A DNA stretch of 64,000 nt. Source: Acidobacteriota bacterium. Lineage in GTDB: Bacteria; Acidobacteriota; Thermoanaerobaculia; Gp7-AA8. The position numbers were made by a program, and so were the translations under genes. The stretch is from NCBI GenBank assembly GCA_019244185.1, contig JAFATB010000026.1:1-64000 (forward strand), written 5' to 3'. Position 1 is the first letter of the stretch, and each line of letters opens with the position of its first letter. The notes below the pieces were generated by a model that was not told where the DNA came from, did not search any database, and saw only the letters and a list, made by a program, of their open reading frames with translations. Positions 23,295 to 31,718 of this stretch are shown piece by piece.

Positions 23295-23324
23295 ATTCGC
23301 GGGCTCGTGCGATCATGCGCGGCG

Positions 23325-23855
23325 ATGCGAACGCTCACCACGCTTGCCCTCTCTCTGCTCGTCGCCACCGCCGCCTTCGCCGCCGAGGACAGCGCGGCGA
23401 AGAAGCCGCTCAGCCCTCCCGCGAAAGCGGAAGGCACGATCGGCGAACACAAGATCACCGTCGATTACAGCGCGCCGTCGAAGCGCGGCCGCGCGATCAT
23501 GGGCGGCCTCGTGCCGTTCGGCAAAGTGTGGCGCACCGGCGCGAACGCCGCGACGACGCTCACCACCGACGGCGATCTCATGATCGGCTCGCTGCACGTG
23601 CCGAAGGGAACGTACACGCTCTACACGATCCCCGGCGAGAAAGAGTGGACGCTGATCGTGAACAAGCAGACCGGCCAGTGGGGCACCGAATACGACGAGA
23701 AGCAGGACCTCGGCCGCACGACCATGACCGCGAAGAAGATCGCCGAGACGACCGAGACGTTCGTCATCGCCGTCAAGCCGCTCGCCGCGAAGAACGGCCT
23801 CCTCACGTTCACGTGGGAGAACACCGAAGCCGTCGTGCCGGTGATGGCGCACTGA
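23325..23855 (+). CDS. DUF2911-like secreted protein
   Basis: SP, YSAP..RGR.I.GGLVP.GKVWRTGAN, G.YTLYTIP, WG..YD. Confidence 0.88.
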   Translation: MRTLTTLALSLLVATAAFAAEDSAAKKPLSPPAKAEGTIGEHKITVDYSAPSKRGRAIMGGLVPFGKVWRTGANAATTLTTDGDLMIGSLHVPKGTYTLYTIPGEKEWTLIVNKQTGQWGTEYDEKQDLGRTTMTAKKIAETTETFVIAVKPLAAKNGLLTFTWENTEAVVPVMAH

Positions 23856-23880
23856 CGCGCGATCGCGTGATTCACTCGCG

Positions 23881-26208
23881 TCACTCGAAGAACGGCATGC
23901 GCGCGTTCTCGGGTGACGCGAGGTCGGCGATCAGCACCGCGGCGCCGAGCTCTCCTTTCCACAGCGTGTTCTTTCGTTGCGACGAGGCCACCGCGACCGC
24001 GGCGGCGTCGTTCGCCAGCTGCCGCGCGCGGCTGAGCCACGCCGCCGAGCCGGTTCGCTTGTAGAGACTGAGCAGCGCGTACGCGCGCCCGGCGTTGCCG
24101 CAACAGAGATCGCCCGGGCCGCGCGGCTCGTCCCACGTGTGCCACGCGCAGAGCTCCGCGAGCTCGAGCCAGCGGTCGTCGCCGAGGACGCGGTGGGCGA
24201 GCGTGAAGAGAAAGACCTGCCCCGCGCTGCCGTTGCACCAGCCGGACATCGCGTCGTATGGCGTACCGCCGAAGAGGCGGCGCCAGTACACGCCGCGGCC
24301 TTTGCGCGTTTTGAGCGGAACGTACTCGTCGAGACGCGCGCGCAGACGTTCGGGCAGCGCGTCGCCGGAAACCGCGCACCAGCGCAGCGCCGCGTAGAGG
24401 TATCCGGCCCAGCCGTGCGCGATGCCGAGGTAGGTGTCGGATGCGGAGACGTTCAGCGGAGGCAGCGCATCGAGCTCGTTCCAGATCGCGGCCATCGTCG
24501 CGCTGCCGAACGCGCGCAGCGTGTCCGCTTCCGGCAAACCGTCGCTGACCTCGAGCAGGAGCGCGCAGGCGAGGAGACTTCCTGAGCGGCCGAGGGTGAG
24601 ATCGAGTTGCGCGCACGGACGATTCGATGCGTCGAGAAACGCGCCGAGCGCGCGGCGTTGCGCGAATTGCTCGCCTTTCGCCGCGGCGATGAGCGCCGCC
24701 ACCGCGTGCAGACCCGACTCGGTGTGGTACGGCGTCACGTCGCCGAGGATCTCGCGCGGCAGTTCGAACGCGTCGTTGAAGTAGGCGTCATCGTTGCCGA
24801 TGAGCGTCATCGCGCGCGATGACCAGACCGCCGAGAGCGCGAGCAGCGCCGGATCGCTGCGCGCTTCCGCCACGCGCAGCAGTCCCGCGGCCGCGCCCGC
24901 ACAGCCGTAGTTGATCGACGCCGTCGGCGCCTCGGCGTACCCGCTCGCGAACATCGCGCCGCCACGCGCGAACGACCGCAGCGTCTCGTCCGCGAATGCG
25001 CGCGCTTGCGCGGAGATCGGCGTCTCGAGCGACTCGCGCACGACGTCCTCGCGAATCGATGCGAGCCGTTCCGCGAGCTCCGCGACCGACGCGTGCCGCC
25101 GCGCCGGGTCTTTCTCCAGTGCGCGGAAGAGCAGCTGCTCGACCTCCGGCCACGGCGGAATCGCGCGCTGCGCGAACGGCAGCGGTGGATCGGCTTCCGC
25201 CTGCCGCGCCATCTCGTCGCGGTCGTACCGGAAGTCGAGGTAGTGCTGTCCCGCGATCAACAGATAGAGCATCGCCGCGAGCGCGTACTGCTCGCCGGCT
25301 TCCGTCGATGGCATCTGCGTGCCCTGCCGGTTCGCGGCGAGGAACTCCGGCTCGAAGAAGTAGTACATCCCGCCGCGGCCGACGCGCGGCGGCTGATCGA
25401 TGAAACGCGAGAGCCCGAAGTCGAGCAGCACGACGCGCCCGCCATCGCCCGCGACGACATTGCGCGGATGCACGTCGGAGTGCAGCACGCCGTGCGCGTG
25501 CAGCGTCGCGTACGCGCGCGCGATCGACGCGCAGAGCTCGATGAGCGACGCGCGATCGTGACGCCGCTGCGCGCCGGCGACCGTCGCCTCGACGCCGGCG
25601 ATCCATTCCATGAGCAGGTAGGGCCGCTCCTCGTGCAGTCCGGCGTCGAAGAGTTTCGGCGCGATGCCGCTGCCATCGAGATGGCGAAGGATCGTCGCCT
25701 CGTTGCCGAAGACCGACGACTCGAACGGCATGGCCATGCGCGCGATCTTGAGCGCTGCTTCGTCGCCGCCGTCGCGTCGTAGGTAGTAGATCTCGCTGTC
25801 TTCGACGAGGCTGACGCAGCGGACGATTTCCCATTCCGCGAACCGCGCGCCGCTCTCGAAGCGCGGCCGCGTTTCCTGTTCTTCGTCGGAACCGGCGGGG
25901 ACGAGGATGTGGTTCTGCAGGAACGTGCCGAGATGCGGCAGCAGCTCGTCGAGCCAGGCGTCCGGCTTCTTGCCGAGGACGCGGCTGTTTTCGATGACGG
26001 CATCGACGATCGTGCGCGGCTGGCGAAAGAGCGCGAGCAGCGCCGCGGTCTCGCCGTCGATGACCTGCGATGCGCTGCGCCCGTGGCGGCGCGAGAGCGT
26101 GTAGTCGCCGGCGTCGTACGAGATGCGCGCGCGGAAGTCTTCGCTCAGCTCCGCGCAGGGGATGAGCAGCACGTCGTTCTGCAGCACGAACGGTTCGGTG
26201 ATGTTCAT
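23881..26208 (-). CDS. Ser/Thr kinase-LanC cyclase fusion with N-terminal RRE-like domain (lanthipeptide synthetase lacking a lyase domain)
   Basis: AALK, HSDVHPRN and DFG kinase motifs; LanC motifs GIAHGWAG, WCNG, LCCG; ATGA overlap with the upstream gene. Confidence 0.85.
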   Translation of the reverse strand: MNITEPFVLQNDVLLIPCAELSEDFRARISYDAGDYTLSRRHGRSASQVIDGETAALLALFRQPRTIVDAVIENSRVLGKKPDAWLDELLPHLGTFLQNHILVPAGSDEEQETRPRFESGARFAEWEIVRCVSLVEDSEIYYLRRDGGDEAALKIARMAMPFESSVFGNEATILRHLDGSGIAPKLFDAGLHEERPYLLMEWIAGVEATVAGAQRRHDRASLIELCASIARAYATLHAHGVLHSDVHPRNVVAGDGGRVVLLDFGLSRFIDQPPRVGRGGMYYFFEPEFLAANRQGTQMPSTEAGEQYALAAMLYLLIAGQHYLDFRYDRDEMARQAEADPPLPFAQRAIPPWPEVEQLLFRALEKDPARRHASVAELAERLASIREDVVRESLETPISAQARAFADETLRSFARGGAMFASGYAEAPTASINYGCAGAAAGLLRVAEARSDPALLALSAVWSSRAMTLIGNDDAYFNDAFELPREILGDVTPYHTESGLHAVAALIAAAKGEQFAQRRALGAFLDASNRPCAQLDLTLGRSGSLLACALLLEVSDGLPEADTLRAFGSATMAAIWNELDALPPLNVSASDTYLGIAHGWAGYLYAALRWCAVSGDALPERLRARLDEYVPLKTRKGRGVYWRRLFGGTPYDAMSGWCNGSAGQVFLFTLAHRVLGDDRWLELAELCAWHTWDEPRGPGDLCCGNAGRAYALLSLYKRTGSAAWLSRARQLANDAAAVAVASSQRKNTLWKGELGAAVLIADLASPENARMPFFE

Positions 26209-27368
26209 TGCAGGCTCCAGAGTCCGGCCGCGGGCGCCCACGTCGCGACGTCGACGCCCTGCCGCTGCGCGCGTGCGACTGCAAACAGCGACGCGTCGGC
26301 GGCGTGCGCGGTGCGCGCGGATTTCGCGATCGCCAGCGCCGCCGCGAGGCGCTTCGCGACCCAGAGGCGCCAGCTTTCGCGGCCCAGCCAGCGCAGCGCG
26401 CGGTCGCTCTGCGGCGGATCGACACCCCACGACAGAAGGCCGTCGGCGTCGATGCCCGCGGTGAACGGGACGCCGTGCGCGTCGCAGCCGGCGAGCTCGC
26501 GCGCGAGCGCTGCCGCGGCGGCGTCGAGCTGCGCGCGGTCGACAAAGTACGCGACGAGCTTGTCGGGACGCAGCAGTCCCGCCGCGTCCTGACCGATCTT
26601 GAACTGCGTGCCCGGAAAATCGGCGAGCACGCGCACGACGATCTCGAATGCGTCGCGAATGCGTTCCGGCCGCGGGCTGATGTAGAGCTTGTGCGTGACG
26701 TCGTCCGTCGCCCGCGCGTTCGGACGCGCGGCGCGCGAGAACCAGCTCAGCCAGCCCGACGCGTGCTCGCTCGCGACCGGGACCCAGTCGCGCTCGAGCA
26801 TCGCGCGCAGGCTGCCGTGCGCGGCGCCGAGCTGCGCGAGCACCGCGTCGCGATCGGCGAAGCGCGCGCGCCAGAACGGCGAGAGCGGAATGCGGTTGTA
26901 GTGATAGAGCGCGCTCGTGAGCGTCTGCACGTCGCGCGTCGCGAGATCTTCCGCGTGCAGCAGCGCGTCGCGCGAGAGCCGCGCGATGGCGTCGTTCGAT
27001 GCATCGGCGCGCGGCGTCGGACAGACGAGCGGCAGCGCGTCGGCGCCGGAGACGAACGTGCCGTCTGCGTCGATCTCGAGAATGCCGTCGAGCACGAGAT
27101 CGACGACGTCGTTGCGGTACTCGTCGTCGGCGAGCAGGTTTGCGTCGAGCGGCGACGGATCGGCGAGCGCGAGAAAGAGCTCCGCCGTTTGCCGCGGCGC
27201 GGCTTTGAGGTTCATCGTCAGCGGCGGGCGCGCAACGAGGAGTCCGTAGAACTCCGCATCCTCTTCGAGCTCGCGGAATGCCTCGCGCTCCTCGGCGGTG
27301 AGCGCGGCGAGCGGTTTGAGCGCCACGTCGGGACTCGAGCGAAAGCGCAGCTCGTGCAGTGCAGTCAT
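26205..27368 (-). CDS. HopA1/LanY-like phosphoSer/Thr lyase with N-terminal RRE-like domain
   Basis: HKLYISP, FKIG, RPDKLVAYF, VPFTA, ESW motifs; lies between the precursor and the kinase-LanC gene. Confidence 0.65.
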   Translation of the reverse strand: MTALHELRFRSSPDVALKPLAALTAEEREAFRELEEDAEFYGLLVARPPLTMNLKAAPRQTAELFLALADPSPLDANLLADDEYRNDVVDLVLDGILEIDADGTFVSGADALPLVCPTPRADASNDAIARLSRDALLHAEDLATRDVQTLTSALYHYNRIPLSPFWRARFADRDAVLAQLGAAHGSLRAMLERDWVPVASEHASGWLSWFSRAARPNARATDDVTHKLYISPRPERIRDAFEIVVRVLADFPGTQFKIGQDAAGLLRPDKLVAYFVDRAQLDAAAAALARELAGCDAHGVPFTAGIDADGLLSWGVDPPQSDRALRWLGRESWRLWVAKRLAAALAIAKSARTAHAADASLFAVARAQRQGVDVATWAPAAGLWSLQ

Positions 27369-27422
27369 GGGCGTTCTCCGTGTCGGTGGTGGTGCAAGCA
27401 GGCTCCCGGCCGGATGTCGCCG

Positions 27423-28034
27423 TTACTTCTTTTTCAGATCGCTGCGGCGCGTCGCGAGCTCGTCCAGCTCCGCGCGGAGCTGTTTCTCGCGTGCGTCGAT
27501 CTCCTCCGCCGTCCGCGGGCCGATGCTCTTCGCCGCTTCATCGAGCTGCGCGATCTGCTGCTGGAGCTGTTCGCGCAGCTGCGCGATCGACTCGCGCGTC
27601 AGGCCGCCGCCGGTCTGGACGGGCGTCGTGGTGGTGATGGTGCCGGTGAAGGTCACCGTATGGCTGACGAACGTGCATGCCGAGCCGCCGGGGCAGACCG
27701 AGCCGCCGGCGCAGATCGAATGAGGATGACACGTCGCCGGCGTCACGAAGCCGCAGGTGAAGTTCGCGCAGACGGTGATCGTGTGCACCGTGCAGAACGT
27801 CGGCACCTGCGTGCAGCCGAAGCACGGATTGGTGACGTGCGTACAGCCGCAGGCGACCGACGGATCGACGCAGCATGAATTCGGAATGCAGGTCGCGGTC
27901 GAGACGTGATAGGTGACGCTGCCCGGCGGACAGACCGGCCCGACGGTGATTCCGCATCCGCCGCCTGGGCCGATCTCCGGCGGACGCATGGTTTCCGGAA
28001 CCACGTTGATTCCGAGGTCCTTGATCTTCGGCAT
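27423..28034 (-). CDS. Putative giant RiPP precursor (Cys/Thr/Ser-rich core, coiled-coil C-terminus)
   Basis: Strong RBS GAAGGAAGGAGGAG; 16 Cys, 24 Thr and 8 Ser in about 115 aa between two GGG motifs; directly upstream of the modifying enzymes. Confidence 0.8.
   Translation of the reverse strand: MPKIKDLGINVVPETMRPPEIGPGGGCGITVGPVCPPGSVTYHVSTATCIPNSCCVDPSVACGCTHVTNPCFGCTQVPTFCTVHTITVCANFTCGFVTPATCHPHSICAGGSVCPGGSACTFVSHTVTFTGTITTTTPVQTGGGLTRESIAQLREQLQQQIAQLDEAAKSIGPRTAEEIDAREKQLRAELDELATRRSDLKKK
27680..27715. repeat. 18-bp tandem duplication in the precursor core (CAGGSV/CPGGSA)
   Basis: CCGAGCCGCCGGGGCAGA / CCGAGCCGCCGGCGCAGA, 17/18 identical. Confidence 0.75.
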
Positions 28035-28127
28035 CACTCCTCCTTCCTTCGATAGAGACCGGGAGCCTTAAAGAAGGAGTGTCATAAGGCCCGAAAGGTC
28101 TACCACCTGAAATGGAGATTGACGGCG

Positions 28128-28988
28128 CTACGCCGCGGACGCTTTCTTCGCCATCAGCAGCGCGTGCAGCGTCTCTGTCGCCAGGCCGTGCAGCACGAGG
28201 CGATAGCCGGCGCGCAGCGTCGACAGCGGCACGAGCGGATGGCGGTTGTTGACCAGCGCCAGCCACGAGCGGTCGCCGAGGATCGTGCCGGTGTAGACCG
28301 CGACCGATTCGTCCAGCTGGAGCGAGGTGCTGGCGCGCCAGAACTCGCCGTCCTTGAGGAACAACTGATAGAGCGGCGTGAAGATCTCGATCGCGGTCTG
28401 CAGGTCGAGCAGGTTGTGCCAGCGGCTGGGCAGCTCTTCGAACGGTTCCGGCTCGTGAATGGCGGTGAGGTCGAGCGGCTCACGCGGCTCGATCGCGCTG
28501 CCCGCCGCGCGCAGCTGCCGATTGAGCTCGATGACGAAGTTGTAGAGGTTGATGTCGTGCCGCAGGAAGAAGTCGTCGCGAAGATCGTCGATGCGGCGCG
28601 GCTCGAGCGGCGTCAACGGAAGGTCGACGCCGCGGATGTTCGCCGCCAGAAATCCGAGGATCTGCGACCCCAGATGGAAGTGTCTGAGGATCAGCTCATT
28701 CGCCTCCGGCGACACCCACGTGCGCAAGCCCCACGCGAGCAGCCGGTGCAGGAGCCGCGACGAGGTGCAGCGATTCGGAATGGCGATCTTCAGCAGCTGA
28801 ATGAGCACGATCGCGGCGCGGGCCAGCGGCCGCACGACCGGCAGCAGGAACTGGCGCGACCGCGACTGTTGCGTCGCGAGGAGCGCGCGCTTCGCACGAT
28901 CCGCGATCGGGTTGCTCGTGTCGAGATAGAGCGCGAGCCACGGATCGGGATCGGTGCGGTCGTACGCCGTCGAATCGAAATCGGTCAC
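28128..28988 (-). CDS. Conserved hypothetical protein (DUF6999-like) associated with StlD/DarB ketosynthase loci
   Basis: DPDPWLAL.LD, SRQ.LLP..RP, RHFHLGS, HD.NL.NF, SLQLDE, NNRHP; GTGA overlap with the desaturase. Confidence 0.65.
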   Translation of the reverse strand: MTDFDSTAYDRTDPDPWLALYLDTSNPIADRAKRALLATQQSRSRQFLLPVVRPLARAAIVLIQLLKIAIPNRCTSSRLLHRLLAWGLRTWVSPEANELILRHFHLGSQILGFLAANIRGVDLPLTPLEPRRIDDLRDDFFLRHDINLYNFVIELNRQLRAAGSAIEPREPLDLTAIHEPEPFEELPSRWHNLLDLQTAIEIFTPLYQLFLKDGEFWRASTSLQLDESVAVYTGTILGDRSWLALVNNRHPLVPLSTLRAGYRLVLHGLATETLHALLMAKKASAA

Positions 28989-29764
28989 GACTCGACCTCC
29001 GGCGCGACGCGCACGCCCTTCGCGAGACCGAGCGCGCGCAGCAGCCGCACGATCTGCCACGTCCAGTCGAACTGGCCGCGGCCGAAACCGTGACGCGCGC
29101 TCCAGGGATGGCGATGATGGTTCGCATGCCATCCTTCGCCGAGGGCGAGCCAGCCGAGCAGCGCGTGATTCACGGCGCCGTGCGCGGGCGCCTGGTGCGC
29201 GACGCTGTCGATCGCGTCGCCGACGTTGTACATGAGGATGTACGTGAGCCAGACCGCGACGAAACCGGCGGTGTGCCACACGAGACTCGCAATCGCCAAC
29301 GGCACGCAGACGTGCAGCATCGACGCGAGAAAGTACGGCCACGGCCGGCTGATCCAGCGATAGAAGCGATCGGCGGCGACATCCTCGGCGAAATGATCGT
29401 ATTGATGATTCGACCGTGGCCGGTGCCAGCTGTCGAACAGTGTTCGCAACGGACCGCCGGCGGCGTAGAGCGCGGCGAGCAGACGGCGCCGGCTGCCGAG
29501 GTACCAGCCGGCGTGAGCCCACCAGAAGCCGTCGAGGATCGGCGAGTGCGGATCGCGGTCGGTGTCCGCCCAGCGGTGATGCGCGCGATGATTGCCGGCC
29601 CATTGGATCGGCGTGCCCGCGGGAAGCGCGAGGAGCACGATCGGACGCTCGAGCCACGCGGGCAGCCGGAACGAACGGTGCGAGAGGCCGCGGTGATAAC
29701 CGATGTTCACGCCGAGGCCGGCGGCGAGGTAGAGGAGAGCGCAGAAGAGGGCGAGGCTCAGCAT
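28985..29764 (-). CDS. Membrane fatty-acid desaturase (delta-9-like)
   Basis: His boxes GYHRGLSH, HRAHH, DPHSP, GEGWHANHH. Confidence 0.9.
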   Translation of the reverse strand: MLSLALFCALLYLAAGLGVNIGYHRGLSHRSFRLPAWLERPIVLLALPAGTPIQWAGNHRAHHRWADTDRDPHSPILDGFWWAHAGWYLGSRRRLLAALYAAGGPLRTLFDSWHRPRSNHQYDHFAEDVAADRFYRWISRPWPYFLASMLHVCVPLAIASLVWHTAGFVAVWLTYILMYNVGDAIDSVAHQAPAHGAVNHALLGWLALGEGWHANHHRHPWSARHGFGRGQFDWTWQIVRLLRALGLAKGVRVAPEVES

Positions 29765-31650
29765 GAGATTTCCTCCAGTTGCAGGCGATACAGCCGCGCG
29801 GTGACGCGCGCCGTCTTCACGATCTGCGACGCGAGCTCCGGCGTGACGATGCCCGATTCCAGCAGCAGCTCGAGGCCGCGCATGTGGTCGTCGTCCGCGG
29901 TGCCGTGATGGGCGAGGAACGAGACGCCGCGATCGGTCAGGCCGAGCGCCTGTTTGATCGCGTGCGCCCAGCGGCCGGCCTTGTGCGCGCCGAGACCTTC
30001 GATGATGAACATCGCGCCGAGGAGGTCGAACGGATTCTGCTGGCCGGCGCGCTGAAACATGAACGCGGAGAGCGCCTCGCTGCCGACGTTCTTCTCGCCG
30101 GCGCGGATCTCGTCGAGCGAGCCGCCCATCGCGACGAAGTCGTCCTCCAGCATCAGGAAGTCGCGATGCTCGGCCACGGCGTGGCGGAGAAATGCGGCGC
30201 GTTGCGGAAAGAAGTCGGCGCTGACGTTCGACGCCGCGCGCGCGATCCAGCGGCTGCCGTCGACGACCTGCTGCCGCAGCTGCAGGAGGAGCGTGCGGTA
30301 CGCATCGGCGGTCAGCTCGCCGCTCTCGATGCGCCGCACGATGGGAATGGCCTGCAACCGTTCTTCGAAATCGATCCAGACGCGGGTGAGCTGCCGCACG
30401 AGTGATTCGAGATGCGGCTTCGCGTCGTGCGAGGACGAGAGCGCGGGGGTCGCGGACTCGAGCTCGATCGCGGGCTTCGCCGGCGCAACGGCCGCGCCTT
30501 CGCCGACGACCGTCATCATCATGTACGAGGCGATGAAGCGGCCGCTCTCCGGAACGACGCAGAGGATCTTCTGTCCCGGTACGAGCGCGCGCTCGTTGAG
30601 CAGTTCTTCGAGCAGAAGATACGGCGACGCGCTGCCGACGTTGCCGCGCCGTTCGAGGTTCGAGAACCAGCGCTCCTCCGGCACCATCGCGCCGGCGCGC
30701 CGCAGCAGCTCGAAGATCTTGTCGCGGAAGATGTGCGACGAGTAATGGCACACCATCCAATCGATCGATGCCGGGTCGACGCGGCGCTGTTCGACGAGCT
30801 CGAGAAAGCCGTCGATGCAGACCTTCACGACGTCGTCGAGCAGGCGCACGTCCTGCTGCAGGATGAACGCGCCGTCCGACACCGCGTCGTCGACGGCGCG
30901 GTAGTCCTGCCACGAGACGTTCTGCCGCGCGACGTCGTCACCCGCACCGCCGATCCACATGCAGACGGGCCTCCGGTGCGCGTACGACCAGAGCTCGATC
31001 CAGTCGATGCGCAGCGACACGCCGCGGCGATTCGGGCGGTCACGCAGCAGCGCGGCGCCGGCTCCATCCGACAGCATCCAGCGCAGAAACTCGGCGGAGA
31101 ACGGCAGCGGTTTGCCGCTGCGCACGCACGCCTCGCCCTCGTACGCGCTCGCCTTGAGCCGGCGGCTGGCGAACTCGCTCGCGCAGGCGACGCCGTTCGC
31201 TTTCTCGCCGCTGCGGATCTGCGAGAAGACGCTCTTCATGGCCATCATCCCGCTGGCGCAGATGCCCTGCAGCGACGCCACTTCGCAACGGCTGCTCGCG
31301 AGCTCGCCGTGGATCATGCTGGCGAAGCCGGGCGCGAGGAGGTCGGGCGCGGTCGTCGCCGCCGCGATCATCTGCAAGGACTCCGCTTCGAACGTGCCGC
31401 GCTGCAAGGCGTCGCGCACGGCCGCCGCGGCCATCTCGCTGTTGCGATAGAGGCTGCGCTGATTGCGATCGATGGCGTAGTGGCGCTGCAGGATGCCGTT
31501 CTGCCGCAGGATGCGGTGGCGCAGACGCGACGGCTTGCCGTGGATCAGGCCGAGGTAGTCCTCCATCTCGTCGTTGCCGATGGGCGGCCCGGGCAGGAAC
31601 TTGCCGAGTGCCGTGATGTAAACGTCGTGGGTCCTTGCGTCATGGTTCAT
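29758..31650 (-). CDS. StlD/DarB-like KAS III ketosynthase fused to a heme-oxygenase-like (iron-containing redox) domain
   Basis: GICASG (Cys), FLRWMLSDGAGA, CHYSS (His), GNVGSAS (Asn), VPESGRF; C-terminal HAVAEH, IIEGLG, HGTADDDH; GGAG RBS before ATG 31650. Confidence 0.85.
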   Translation of the reverse strand: MNHDARTHDVYITALGKFLPGPPIGNDEMEDYLGLIHGKPSRLRHRILRQNGILQRHYAIDRNQRSLYRNSEMAAAAVRDALQRGTFEAESLQMIAAATTAPDLLAPGFASMIHGELASSRCEVASLQGICASGMMAMKSVFSQIRSGEKANGVACASEFASRRLKASAYEGEACVRSGKPLPFSAEFLRWMLSDGAGAALLRDRPNRRGVSLRIDWIELWSYAHRRPVCMWIGGAGDDVARQNVSWQDYRAVDDAVSDGAFILQQDVRLLDDVVKVCIDGFLELVEQRRVDPASIDWMVCHYSSHIFRDKIFELLRRAGAMVPEERWFSNLERRGNVGSASPYLLLEELLNERALVPGQKILCVVPESGRFIASYMMMTVVGEGAAVAPAKPAIELESATPALSSSHDAKPHLESLVRQLTRVWIDFEERLQAIPIVRRIESGELTADAYRTLLLQLRQQVVDGSRWIARAASNVSADFFPQRAAFLRHAVAEHRDFLMLEDDFVAMGGSLDEIRAGEKNVGSEALSAFMFQRAGQQNPFDLLGAMFIIEGLGAHKAGRWAHAIKQALGLTDRGVSFLAHHGTADDDHMRGLELLLESGIVTPELASQIVKTARVTARLYRLQLEEISC

Positions 31651-31658
31651 GTTATTCT

Positions 31659-31718
31659 CCATTCCGATCGGTATGGAATGTAGGATCGCGATGCGATTCT
31701 GTCAATACCGCGCGGTAT
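31659..31718 (-). promoter_or_regulatory. sigma70 promoter flanked by two palindromic operators
   Basis: TTGACA (31705-31700), 17-nt spacer, TACATT (31682-31677); ATACCGCGCGGTAT (31705-31718) and CCATTCCGATCGGTATGG (31659-31676). Confidence 0.8.

Noticed and set aside
27423-28034. Precursor as metallothionein, ferredoxin or thiopeptide/sactipeptide substrate
   Set aside because: No CxxCxxC pattern, a large Thr excess, and no YcaO or radical SAM gene nearby; the adjacent kinase/LanC/lyase genes explain the composition better.
28087-28101. Small hairpin upstream of the precursor as a riboswitch or terminator
   Set aside because: Only 5 bp, mismatched on the transcribed strand, no U-tract and no recognisable aptamer.
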